Source of the DNA: Oopsacas minuta
Lineage: Eukaryota > Animalia > Porifera
Assembly (NCBI GenBank): GCA_024704765.1
Contig: JAKMXF010000147.1
Location: 1 to 13,523 of the forward strand
DNA length: 13,523 nt
Direction: 5' to 3'
The notes beneath the pieces were generated by a model. It was not told where the DNA came from. It saw nothing but the letters and a program-made list of their open reading frames with translations, and searched no databases. Shown piece by piece: positions 1-9,734 of this stretch; the first letter of the stretch is position 1, and every line of letters starts with the position of its first letter. Both the position numbers and the translations under genes were made by a program.

Positions 1-419
1 CTGGCGACAAACACGAACCCTTTCAATCCTTTGAGTTTCAGATAACAATTTGGGAACCCAACGAGAAAGAACTCTCGACATTCCCAATTGTTCAGTTAGA
101 ATCTTATTAAGTATTGATTTTGACATCCCCAATTCTTCCTCTAACTGCCGCAGAGTCACACGCCTATCTTTATCAAGAATGTTTGATATAATTTTGATAT
201 TTTCTTGGTTGGAACATGTTTTCGGACGGCCAGGTCTTGGGTTATCATCAACAGTTGAATGCCCATCATTAAATCTGTCAATCCATTTATAAACCATCGA
301 TTTACCAGGGCATTTACTACCATAAACCTTTTCCATCTCGTAGAGAATCTCGCTTCCACTTTTATTTTGTTTCCAGAGAAACCAAATGATATATCGTTTC
401 CCATCTCTGAGTTTTCCAT
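1..419 (-). pseudogene. mariner transposase N-terminal DNA-binding region, one 1-bp frameshift near the start
   Basis: Frame 399->1 is open: KRYIIWFLWKQNKSGSEILYEMEKVYGSKCPGKSMVYKWIDRFNDGHSTVDDNPRPGRPKTCSNQENIKIISNILDKDRRVTLRQLEEELGMSKSILNKILTEQLGMSRVLSRWVPKLLSETQRIERVRVCRQ. It has the paired-like HTH, GRP (223-231) and WVPxxL linker (43-60). The ATG at 419 (MENSEM) needs one extra base in the GGG/AAA run at 397-402 to join this frame. The catalytic domain is outside the window. Confidence 0.87.
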
Positions 420-575
420 TTTAGAAAAAAATACGACAATCGTAAATGATGCTAAAAGAATACCTAAACCAAACTTTTTGATTACAAAAGTTAGGATAAT
501 TGAGATAAGGGATATTAGAATTAATCGAAACAATAGGCTAATTGATAGAGTGTATATAACACAAACTAGGGATAA

Positions 576-603
576 AATTCCGCGAACTTTTTGAATAACC
601 TAG
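576..603 (-). repeat. candidate left terminal inverted repeat of the mariner element
   Basis: TA-flanked CTAGGTTATTCAAAAAGTTCGCGGAATT upstream of the transposase. The partner repeat is outside the window, so the length is an estimate. Confidence 0.6.
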
Positions 604-2129
604 TATATGGTTACCCATTATTCAGAAATCCATTATTTATAAAAATAATAAGATGGTGATAATAATTACTCCTCTCGGGGATGTCATCACCAGTGTAACT
701 ATCTTATTGATAAATTATAAACAAATGAAAAGGATTCTTTTATTCATTATTGATTATACACACTCACTATTGATTATTCATTTAAGAATATCCTGGTACA
801 ACATATGGTTCGATGTTTGTGAATGCTTTCGTAATAAAACCCTGTGAGCCCCACCTGGGGCCCCGTTGCAGTATCGCCGCCCACCCACTATGCTACATCG
901 TATAATGTTGTAAGCTCAGCCAAATCGGCTACGATCATGTCAGTGTCCTCACATAAGCGGCGTAGAAGTTCCTAAACTAAGGTCCAGTTCTAAGTAACGC
1001 AGGATCAGAGAAATTTCTTCAGAAGAGAAAACCTAAAACATTGTAATTTAACCGATTACTGCCGAAGAGTTACTTTCAGTATGGAATTATAGAAATTCAG
1101 GTTAACCAATTCCACTACGAACAACGAGATTTTACTACCTTTTGACGTCATAAAATCACACGTTTTCTTAGAACTATTAGGTTAATAGAAAAGCACAGAC
1201 GAAGCCGAAGCTATTTTTTCAAAAAATGAAAATGAAAGCGTGCAAAGCCGATTTTTCAATAAACGTGCTAATTGAGACTTTTCAGTAAAATTTAGCAGGA
1301 AATTTCTCAAAAATTAATTTCTTGTGTTAAAATTATCTTCGAATTTTCTGTATATATTTGTCACTGAAACCTGGCTAATTCAGTTCCACTCGTATTTAGT
1401 AGCCCTTTTGAAACTAGAATACTGTGTATATTCGATATAAATAAATTCATAATTTTTGGTACCTAAGTCAGATGTATACATCAAAAATAAAAAACATTAC
1501 TATAAATCTTTCTTATTGGATTGCTTATTGGTTGGATATCAAATGTGATTTTGATCTTTTGGTCAACAATGATTCTTATAATTTATTGATATAAGTATGG
1601 TTGCATTATGATTTGATTTGAGAAGTAATTTTCCACAAAACTGTTATAGCGAATTTGTCTCCTTTTTGGAAATCTATTTGCTATAGCAACGCCGAAGAAT
1701 GCAGTCTCGAAACCATAGTTGAGCAATATACAAGTTATTTGTATACTTTGATCCCTCATATTAATCCCATACTCTGGCGGACTGGCCGACTGTTTCACAA
1801 GCAAGTGGCGTAGGCCCTTCATAAATTTGTCTTTGGAGGTCCATTCAAGAATGAAGTTTCCCTAGCTCGGTATTCTTTCAAATCGAGGCGAAAATGGTCA
1901 CATTGGCCAGATCGCGATATTACTGGGCAATTTTGTGGCATATTTTCTTCTAAACAAATTGTAAATAAATTGAATGAGTAAATGCTTGCTAGGATTTATC
2001 AATCGCATATACATATGGAGTGTAGACTCAGTGATACATTTCGCTGGACATTGGATTATTAATAATATCACACCTAAAAAAAACAGATTATTCCCTTGGA
2101 AGATTCTCTGGAGTTGTCTAACCCACAGC

Positions 2130-2143
2130 CAGTAGCGTAGCCA
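2130..2143 (+). repeat. hAT-like terminal motif, perfect 14-bp inverted partner at 5842-5855
   Basis: CAGTAGCGTAGCCA followed by a GC-rich subterminal-like tract (GGGCCTGGCAGGGCACTTGCACTGCCA). The reverse complement TGGCTACGCTACTG is at 5842-5855. The flanking 8-mers do not match. Confidence 0.5.
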
Positions 2144-2412
2144 AGGTCGGGCCTGGCAGGGCACTTGCACTGCCAAACGATTTCCAAAATTCGTTCTGGT
2201 GGGAAGTCTATTAAGAGAACTGGGTACCACTTAATAAATGTCAGCTTGGCTGTGATTTAATGGAAATACTTTCGAGTACTTGTCATAGACAACAACATAA
2301 AATAATCCACTGTAGAGGCACAGTTCTTCCAGAAATTTTGTTTCTATTTTATCCCAAATATATTACTAGCATATCTTCCATGATTGAAAAAGAACCATAG
2401 AGGAAGCCAATA

Positions 2413-2440
2413 CAGGGTGGCTTTTAAGTTCTGTCCCATG
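2413..2440 (+). repeat. left TIR of maT element
   Basis: CAGGGTGGCTTTTAAGTTCTGTCCCATG, the exact reverse complement of 3696-3723. Confidence 0.97.
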
Positions 2441-2574
2441 ATTTATAAGAACCATTTTTCCATGCTGAGTCTTTGCTATTAGATATATCTTATTAGTTTA
2501 CCTTATTATACTGTATTTAACATAAATATACAGTTTCAGAGTACAATTGTAGAGAAATTTCAATTTTATTAGTG

Positions 2575-3603
2575 ATGGAACGTGAGAGGTCGGCAATTGT
2601 AGAATTATTTACAAAAGGACATCCTTCAAGGGAAATTTTGAAGATCCTGAAACTCCCTCTAAACAGAAGGAAATTTGTATACCGTACTATTAGGCGATAC
2701 AAGGTTACTGGAAAAGTTGAAGATAGGGCGAAATCAGGCCGTCCGTGCTCAGTAACCACCCCCAGCTTAGGGAAAGTCATCGCCCAGCGAATTCGCCGAA
2801 ATCCTAGACGTTCCATAAGGAAAATGGGTCTAGATCTGAAAGTATCAAGATGTGCAATGACTAAAATTGTGAAAAGGGATTTAGAGATGAGTTCATTCAA
2901 GCGTAAGAAGGTGCACTTCCTTTCTCAATTGGTAAAGGAAAAAAGGGTTGCAAGATGCAAAGGTGCGTTGGGCTGGTACGCTGTTGAAGATCTAGAAAAA
3001 ATATTATTTTCAGATGAGAAAATATTCACTATCCAGGAGGCAACCAATGTACAAAATGATCGTATACTTGCATCATCTCCTTCCAAAGTCGACGAGAAGT
3101 TCAGATATGTTAGCCGAATACAGAACCCTAAGTCGGTGATGGTTTGGGCAGGGGTGTCAAAAATTGGCCGGACACCATTGGTTTTTGTACCACAAGGGGT
3201 AAAAATCAATTCAATTAATTATCGAGAAATGGTTTTGGAGCCAGTATTGAAGAATATAGGCCGAGACATGTTCGGAGGTACTTCATTTGTTTTCCAGCAA
3301 GACGGGGCGCCAGCACACACTTCTAATGTTACCCAGTCATGGTTACATGACAATTTTCCTTGTTTTATAACCAAGGAAGAATGGCCTCCTTACAGTCCTG
3401 ACCTGAATCCCATGGATTATTCTGTGTGGTCAATTCTCGAGACGAAAGCTCGTGTTAACTCTCACACAAGTATCAAGTCACTGAAGAAGAAACTTTGCCA
3501 AGAGTGGAATAAAATTCCCCTAAAAACCCTCCGTGCTGCTATTGAGGCCTTGCCAGATCGAATTACACGTGTAGTACAAAATGAGGGAGGCTATATTGAA
3601 TAA
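2575..3603 (+). CDS. DD37D (maT family) transposase, 342 aa
   Basis: ATG at 2575 (the track's 2572 start is a GTG). N-terminal HTH with SGRP. Catalytic motifs FSDEK (D 3013-3015), QQDGAPAH (D 3301-3303) and SPDLNPMDY (D 3415-3417), with 37 residues between the 2nd and 3rd Asp. Ends GGYIE-TAA. Confidence 0.96.
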   Translation: MERERSAIVELFTKGHPSREILKILKLPLNRRKFVYRTIRRYKVTGKVEDRAKSGRPCSVTTPSLGKVIAQRIRRNPRRSIRKMGLDLKVSRCAMTKIVKRDLEMSSFKRKKVHFLSQLVKEKRVARCKGALGWYAVEDLEKILFSDEKIFTIQEATNVQNDRILASSPSKVDEKFRYVSRIQNPKSVMVWAGVSKIGRTPLVFVPQGVKINSINYREMVLEPVLKNIGRDMFGGTSFVFQQDGAPAHTSNVTQSWLHDNFPCFITKEEWPPYSPDLNPMDYSVWSILETKARVNSHTSIKSLKKKLCQEWNKIPLKTLRAAIEALPDRITRVVQNEGGYIE

Positions 3604-3695
3604 AATTCGCGAAATATGTTTTGTCTCAGAATCATAAATTAGAGCAATAAATATCATTACCAAGCTATATATATATTGATAAATAATAGTTTTTG

Positions 3696-3723
3696 CATGG
3701 GACAGAACTTAAAAGCCACCCTG
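3696..3723 (-). repeat. right TIR of maT element
   Basis: CATGGGACAGAACTTAAAAGCCACCCTG followed by TA. Confidence 0.97.
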
Positions 3724-5841
3724 TAGACAAATTTGAAAGTAGCCCTAGGAAACGAAACTAAGAACGACTGAGTTAGCGATCTTGTTTAGTTATGACACAA
3801 GTGATAATATCAAAACAAATACTGAAGTATGTCCGGATGTTGAGCCTGTATTGAGCCTGAATGTCTGTTAACCAACTATGAAAGTGAATTTAGCTAATAG
3901 TGCCTAACTAAATCAATAAATTAAACGGGTATTCGCTCTTTCTAACATTAAATATTCAAATTTCAATTAAAAAGCATGAACACACTTCGATTTTGTCATA
4001 ATATATTTGTTGTTATATGAAGCAATATTCAAAATGGTCGTTGATACTTGCTCTCACCTGCTAAATACTATATAAGGGTAATGAAGCACGCAAAATGCGA
4101 TTTTGCATTTTCTAATTCTTACATGAATATTCAACATAAGGTGAATGAATTGTTGATCGATGACAGATTGAGAGAATAGAAAAAGTTAATATAAAAATTA
4201 ATGAAAGACTGACTATCCTAATCTCATTTTAACTCACCCATAGATTTACTGAGAGAAAAAGTTAATATGTGACGGAATCGATCAATTGATTACGTAGCCA
4301 GGTCTGTTTCATTTAGTGCGGAGGATAGTTCTGTGTCATGTAGTTGAGAGATATATGAATCGATTGGCTCTACATCCTTGGATTCTGAAGAGGCTGATTC
4401 AGCATTACGCTAAGGATCTCATTCTAGAGGCTTTTGAGAAACTCGTTGAAAGGCTACCTCTCAATCACATACATATTACCATTGTTAGTAAGGATAATTC
4501 ACAATTCTTCATTAGTTTACTGAACGTATCTCTTTTCAGTTGCGTAAAGATAGTATTTAGCATTCGTTTGAGTCATTTTCGACATTTTCGATATATTAGT
4601 TTTGTTTTATAGAGATTGTTTCTATCAATCTATTTTGACTATAGTACGTAGAATCCTCATATAACAGTGAATATAGATCTTTAATGATGCATTTCTCAAG
4701 CAAATTCTTCTCCAGAACACGAAAAAAGAGTGAGGTCAATTGAATAAATCTCATACAAGTGAAATTAACGATCCATTTATTTTTAATTGAACTTAGAGAT
4801 GTTAAACAAATATAGGTATCAGTTAAGATTACCTAAAAGGCGTAAATTGCCAATATTCATATTAACTTATGCGCAATAAAATCATGAAACCAATAATCAA
4901 GAATCAAAAGATTGCTAATCAAAAATTGAAGTTTTGAAGTTTTGAAATTCTCGTATTCCGTAGAATTAATGTTCTCTATTCAATTATATGTGTAAATAAT
5001 CAGCAAAATATTCTTTAGAATAGAATTCTTACCACAGCTCCATATGATTTTTTAAAATTCATAAATGGATTATTAATATAGAATATTAATTCATGCCCAT
5101 CGTATTAATTGAGAAAATTGTTATTGCAACAAGCTAAATATCGTTAATCATGGATCAGTGTGAAGTACATGATTAAACTCAAACAAGCTAGAAAAATTTA
5201 GATATAATACAATAACATGTTTCTAAAATATTAAACTTATATAAATGCCAGCGTCATCGCATAAATGGCATCAGCAAACAGATGAAAAATTTCCATTTGA
5301 ACATTGTAGGTAGTCTTACCCTCAATAAGTTCAATGCACGAACTTTGGGGGTTTAAGATCAATTCATCGAATCTTCTGGAATATGTATTTCTATGTTACC
5401 TGAATAACGTACAATATATTCTCCGCTATCAATTTACCTTGTCAATAGAAGATTTCCCTGTTTAAAGTATAACCAATCAATTTGTTGCTCTATAGTACAT
5501 ACTCATGCTTGCTTGCTGTGCTAATGTAAATACAAGATTGTTTAAAACTTACATTTCAGTTTCTGTGAGGCGTAGCCAAGATGCTGTGCGTTGGTATGGG
5601 CACCACCTAGGATGATGCGGATCATCTGAACTTGTTCAGACAATTGTAGGCTGAAATTAATCTGAATATTAAAAAAATAGAATTTCCGTAAGATTCAGGT
5701 AGTAGTGTAAAGATTTAGGACAGTCTATGAAATAATTAGTCTCTTTCTTGAGTTACTAACAAAAATTAATGATAGCACAATACAATCCAACACTGCTCAC
5801 ACCACCTGCGATCCACTCGTGCACCACCGTGAACAAAGGGC

Positions 5842-5855
5842 TGGCTACGCTACTG
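5842..5855 (-). repeat. hAT-like right terminal motif
   Basis: TGGCTACGCTACTG preceded by CACCACC subterminal-like repeats. It is the inverted partner of 2130-2143 (14/14) and of 5565-5578 (10/14). Confidence 0.5.
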
Positions 5856-6024
5856 AGCCTGAAACAAGATAATAATCTAACTAATTCTAAGACTACTAAA
5901 AAAGGTCACATTACAGCCCTTAGACTTCAGGAATAGGGCAAGCTCAAGAACATTGCTGCTGGCTCTCAACAAACCCATATACAGCCAGTAGTGATCTTTC
6001 GGTCCGAAGATGTGGGAAGAAAAT

Positions 6025-6075
6025 CAGGGGCGAGTCTAGCCTTCATTTTTGGGGAGCTTCAGCCCCTAGGCCTGA
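6025..6075 (+). repeat. possible left terminus of the downstream hAT remnant
   Basis: CAGGGGCGAGTCTAG followed by TTTTTGGGGAGCTTCAGCCCC resembles hAT termini and lies about 570 bp upstream of the hAT coding remnant. No matching right end was found. Confidence 0.35.
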
Positions 6076-6603
6076 CAGATAGGCTCACACCAAAAAATTA
6101 TTTAGACCTAGCCACTTGATAATTTCTTACTGTAACAAATTATTTGAGGGTCTTTAATCAGCAACCTAGTGTACTAGTATCGCCTATATGAACACACTAC
6201 CTAAGCAACCAGAGTTGTTGTGAAAATTACTCAAAAATTTCAGTAATCATTGTATTTTGTAAAACATATATGATAAAAAACATAAATCATTGAAATGTTA
6301 GTATTGTATATTGTGGTTAGTTAACAATTATTAACAATTAGCCTACTGAAGCCTGCAACCAGTCGCTGAATAGGATTCTTATCTAAGTATTATGATATTT
6401 AATGAATTATAACTATATGGGGGCAAAATAGGGCCGCATCATGATTGAATATCAACAAAATACCTATATTATCATCTCATTCCAATTGGCATTCAAGTTT
6501 CAACATAATTTCGACTAAAATTAATAAATTTAAAGGGCTGAATCTCAAATTTGGGAGGGCTAAATCACCCAAAGCCCTCCCCATGGCCATGTCCCTGAGG
6601 AAA

Positions 6604-7310
6604 ATGCGTTCATTCAATAGTGAGTGGTACAAGCTATATCCATGGATGATGTTTTCAAAAGAAATGACGGGCTTATTGTTATTCTTGTCGTTTGTTAGCA
6701 CAACGGAAACTGGAAGGTCAAAAATTAGCTTTCACTCATATTGGATTAAAAAACTTGAAGCACCCACTAGGGAAAATGGCAGTTTACAAAAACATGATAC
6801 CTGCCATACTCATAAAGAAACCATTTTGTCAATGGAGAGCTTATGAAGGAATGAAAAGTTCCAAGATTTCGGTAGTTGATATAATATGCCCTTCATGGAC
6901 AATACGAAGCAAATAATGTTAACTATCCTAGTAATGTTATTGTGCAGTCAAGGGGAAATTGGCTTAAGGGCACATGATGAATTTGAAGAATCATTAAACA
7001 GTGGTAACTTGCTGGAGATTCTGCATCTTGTTTCACGTCATGAAAAACTGTTCAAGAAAAGATAATTTGCACCATAAGCTCAATACATTCACTGTTATGC
7101 CCATTGCTTAAAATTTAGCACTGATTGAATGTGCTCATTCAGTTCCAGGAAAAGAATATATCATCTAATCGTTCAAGAATGAAAGATTCAAGATTGAATG
7201 ATCTTTCAGGATTATAAATTGAAAGTGATCTCTCTAGAACACTTGATTTAGATATAGTTGTACAGAACTTTGCAGCTATGGACAAAACCCGTGGGATTTC
7301 TTGTAATTGA
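6604..7310 (+). pseudogene. decayed, internally deleted hAT transposase (TTF zinc finger / DUF4371 ZMYM1-like / hATC dimerisation domain)
   Basis: Across frameshifts it reads RSFNSEWYKLYPW..AYCYSCRL..SFTHIGLKN..LQKHDTCHTH (TTF-type Zn finger); LCSQGEIGLRAHDEFEESLNSGNLLEILHLVSRH (6901-7062, RGHDE..N.GNF-like); AQYIHCYAHCL (7078-7110); and RSRMKDSRLNDLSGL*IESDLSRTLDLDIVVQNFAA (7170 onward, C-terminal dimerisation). Multiple stops and frameshifts. Confidence 0.88.
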
Positions 7311-9475
7311 TCAGGCTATATTTCGAAATATTTACTGTAGTATTAGTACGATATTTTTAGAATAGACGTGATTTAGTTTATGGTAGCGATTGGCAAGGGT
7401 GGTAGGGATGAAATATACTACCGTAGTTAATCCCATGGTGAAGGTATGTCAACTGGTCTCGATATACAACCTGTAGGCGACATGGTTTATGGAATCAGCA
7501 TGTAGAAAATCTGTCCTACTCTGGAGGAAAATGGTAGATTACAACATCACAAATATTGAGTGCACGGTAAATATGTGACGGCACGCCACTCCTCCAGTGG
7601 GAAATTAGCTGTTCACGGACAGTAGAATTTTATGAAACATATACCCGTAAAATGTATTATTAACAAACTTCCGCGCTTAGCTGGTTAGGTCACTGCCCAA
7701 CAGCTGAGTGCCTTAGGTTAGCTTAAGTATTAAATAGCAAATTTCTTGATGGTTAGGGGTACTGCGCGACCGGGTGTTATACTCGACACTACGTGACTTG
7801 AGGGTAATATTTGGCAAAGATTAAAAGTTCATATTATCCATGGTCCATCCAAATTCCATTTAATGGCCTTCTTTGGCAATATTGGAGCTGCTACGTGGGT
7901 ATAGTTAGAAATCTGGGGCTTTAATGTCGGGTAATTAGAAATTCTAGAAATTTTGAAATTTGGATAAATAGGAATTTGTATGTAGCCATGATGACGTAAT
8001 AATCCAATGTTAAGTTTGAATATGGTCACAATTATGACGTCAGGAAATTGCGAATAGAAAGGCAGATGTGATTCATATTAAACGTTTATCCTGCATATCG
8101 GCTGAGCAGTGGTAATTATGTGATTTTTGATAATCCAAAAGGGTAACATTAGGTCAAAATTTCGTCATAGGTGTGAATTTTCGTCCAAGACTCGAACATG
8201 CCCGAGCCAGTCCAATAAACCCATGTTTACCAAAAATCAGCCCTGGGGTCCTCCAGTCTCTTCTATCAATTCAGGACATACAAATACACAGTGGGCTATT
8301 ATTGCGAATTACTAGTATTAGGGTTTTACGCGTTCAATTTAGAGATAGGCTTATAAAATACATTATTACTGTATAGTAAGTCGACTATTGCGGTTCTTTT
8401 GTTGATTTCAATTTTGTTGCATCACATCAGGTTTTCAATATATGACGTAATCTTAATTACCATATACAGTAATACAGAAATCTAGATTTACACTAAACTG
8501 GGATTTATTAAAAGAAATAGAATATAAATATATTATGGCTATGGTAACTGAAGAATAACTAACATACGAATATCTTACTGATGAATTAATGTTAAATGCA
8601 AGAAGAGTTCATCTATGGAATTTTGAAGGAGNTGTTCAATCCGATTGGAAATTTCAATCTGGGGTAACTCGCCTACGTAGAATTCAAATATCAAGTCAGA
8701 AATTATAGATTCTTAATAGGTTTTGAATTACCACATATTTTGGCTTTCAATAATTATCTAATAATTATTAATAATTAACACCTTCAAAAAGTGTATATCG
8801 AAAATATGTTTTTAAATTCGTGAAAAACATATGTTATTCTATAGACTACACAATATATTTGTGTGTTCGAATACTTTTGTCTCCTGAATGAATATGATTG
8901 GTGATATAATTGGTGAGACAATATTTGAAATCGAATAAACAAGGGGATTGGAATATGTCTGTGGGTAGACGTAAATCGAGAGGTTAATAAGAAGGGCCAA
9001 TTGGAATCACTAAAGTATGTACCTACGTAAGAAGATTCATTTCTACGTATCTTACACTTAAATTCTTGAAAATTAGGAACAAACTTGTACTAATTTCTAC
9101 TACGTACAAATAATCAGTGTATCTCTGCCTTTTCGAACCGCGCACACTTGTTTCACTAGATATTTTCAATGCAGAATCGCTAAGAGTGGATTCGACTTCA
9201 GTAAAACAATGGTGTCAAGATATTCTAGAATTTAATTATAACATAATGGTATGTAAATATTGGTGTCAACTACTGTGTGCATTCATCCCTGAAAGTGAAT
9301 AACAAAATGATTGGTCTTCTTTTCCAGAGCTATAATGAAAATGACAGATCCCAAAAGAGTTGGGTACTTCTGTTAGATAATATGCTTAGGCCAGGCTGCC
9401 TAGTAATGTATTTATTCTGGATTCTATGTAATATACGTAAGTACTTCTAATTTGGTAATGCTATCCTAGTAAATC

Positions 9476-9695
9476 CAGTGGAACCTCGGAATTACGGTTA
9501 CCCTTGAGACCGAAAAATTTGCATAAAAAGTAAGTATGTTTCCTTACTCAAGCAATTACATATTCAGAAATGAGTGATAACCGTAATTCTGGAATTTTTA
9601 TGCGGATGTCTATAGGAATTCAAAGGGAGATTTTCAAGTGGCCGGATAATCGAGGTGGTACTATTTCGGGGTGGCCTTTATGCGAGACTCCGCTT
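9476..9695. mobile_element. degenerate pogo/Tigger-like MITE, about 220 bp
   Basis: The left end is CAGTGGAACCTCG. The right end CGAGACTCCGCTT-TA (9683-9697) matches the expected CGAGGTTCCACTG-TA at 11/15. Inner GGTTACC/GGTGGCC extend the inverted match. Left flank is TC rather than TA, and there is no coding capacity. Confidence 0.55.
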
Positions 9696-9734
9696 TACTT
9701 TGGTAATGTATTCAATTAATTCTCTACTTTTCAG

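Larger units (their letters stand above)
1..603 (-). mobile_element. mariner-type DNA transposon, 5' part only (continues beyond window start)
   Basis: The minus strand reads TA|CTAGGTTATTCAAAAAGTTCGCGGAATT (TA at 604-605), a mariner-like terminus. About 185 bp further in is a mariner transposase N-terminal frame with GRP and WVPKLL motifs. Confidence 0.88.
2413..3723 (+). mobile_element. intact DD37D (maT-type) Tc1/mariner DNA transposon, 1311 bp
   Basis: Perfect 28-bp TIRs (2413-2440 and 3696-3723), TA on both flanks (2411-2412, 3724-3725) and a single uninterrupted transposase ORF. Confidence 0.97.

Noticed and set aside
50-594. Track ORFs 50-292, 156-533 and 259-594
   Set aside because: They are antisense or off-frame shadows of the mariner transposase. 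The apparent hydrophobic N-terminus of 156-533 is AT-rich 5' UTR.
1583-2230. Minus-strand ORFs of 79 and 110 aa
   Set aside because: No recognisable motif. The longer one reads through the hAT-like terminal motif, and such lengths are compatible with chance.
2517-3209. Antisense ORFs 2517-2900 and 2925-3209
   Set aside because: Shadows of the maT transposase coding strand.
4316-4612. 98-aa plus-strand ORF as a standalone gene
   Set aside because: GTG start, no recognisable domain, and competing minus-strand splice signals.
6025-6118. Possible ~95-bp mini-element (CAGGGGCGAGTCTAG ... TAGACCTAGCCACTTG)
   Set aside because: The inverted match needs gaps and there is no TSD.
6445-6916. Track ORFs 6445-6846, 6477-6701 and 6692-6916 as intact genes
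   Set aside because: They are frame fragments or the antisense of the decayed hAT transposase.
7900-7980. Repeated GAAATT words
   Set aside because: Irregular low-complexity sequence with no constant repeat-spacer period, so not a CRISPR array or satellite.
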